From a virus (lineage: Duplodnaviria > Caudoviricetes): 64,000 nt of DNA. This document shows positions 63,846 to 64,000 of this stretch, one piece after another. The notes beneath the pieces are model-generated. The model worked only from the letters and a program-made list of their open reading frames with translations. It made no database searches and was not told where the DNA came from. Position numbers and translations under genes: made by a program. Position 1 is the stretch's first letter. Every line of letters begins with the position of its first letter. Where the stretch lies: the IMG/VR virus record IMGVR_UViG_3300031820_000001, positions 50,931 to 114,930 of that record; one strand, 5' to 3'.

Positions 63846-63874
63846 ACGCTACGAGCGAGCTACCTCAATGTCAA
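63846..63874 (-). promoter_or_regulatory. sigma70-type promoter, near-leaderless
   Basis: TTGACA-N17-TAGCGT-8nt-ATG 63837. Confidence 0.6.
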
Positions 63875-64000
63875 CTTGGCCTTTAAGAGGTCGCCAAGCT
63901 TGGCAAAAGGGGACCGATCGTCGACGGTACAGTGCTTCATCTGCTCGGCAACTTGCTCCGCCAGCCAGTTGTTCCACCAGGCCTGACGCTGGTGCCACAA
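63860..64000 (-). CDS. 3' end of a hypothetical protein (partial)
   Basis: Open frame LWHQRQAWWNN...KLTLR to TAG. Confidence 0.55.
   Translation of the reverse strand: MWHQRQAWWNNWLAEQVAEQMKHCTVDDRSPFAKLGDLLKAKLTLR

Noticed and set aside
1-64000. Genome-wide stop-codon reassignment (TGA or TAG)
   Set aside because: TGA and TAG terminate recognisable genes at expected lengths (apt, infC, SNF2, PLD) and form many ATGA overlaps; only one internal TGA was found.
1-64000. CRISPR array, tRNA (including tRNA-Sec), rRNA, transposase or integrase
   Set aside because: No regularly spaced repeats, cloverleaf, or recombinase/transposase motifs seen by eye; intergenic space is minimal.

Overview
This window looks like a gene-dense, GC-rich segment of a large (jumbo-type) dsDNA bacteriophage genome. 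It holds about 150 mostly short, co-oriented + strand genes chained by ATGA/TAATG overlaps, a minus-strand virion-type island (35.4-38.4 kb) and a minus-strand block at the right end. No capsid, terminase, polymerase, tRNA, rRNA or CRISPR array is visible. Recognisable genes include apt, infC (IF3), two SNF2 helicases, a Gp37/Gp68 protein, a SAM methyltransferase, Nudix, HAD, metallophosphoesterase, a DEDDh exonuclease, a PLD-nuclease lipoprotein, a P-loop kinase, a pol-beta-type nucleotidyltransferase and a CoaB-like/class II aldolase fusion. IF3 and lipoprotein features hint at a Myxococcota host (inference). Two signals stand out. (1) A candidate phage selenoprotein at 12908-13162, missed by the ORF track: an in-frame TGA (13022-13024) sits in a W-x-Y motif, is followed by a bacterial SECIS-like hairpin, and the read-through gene is ATGA-coupled at both ends. 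(2) About 20 copies of an ECF-sigma-like promoter, YGAAA-N17-TGTAGNTA; 18 sit only 4-5 nt before a start codon, implying a leaderless-mRNA regulon in a phage that also carries its own IF3. All family assignments are from motif recognition, not database searches.
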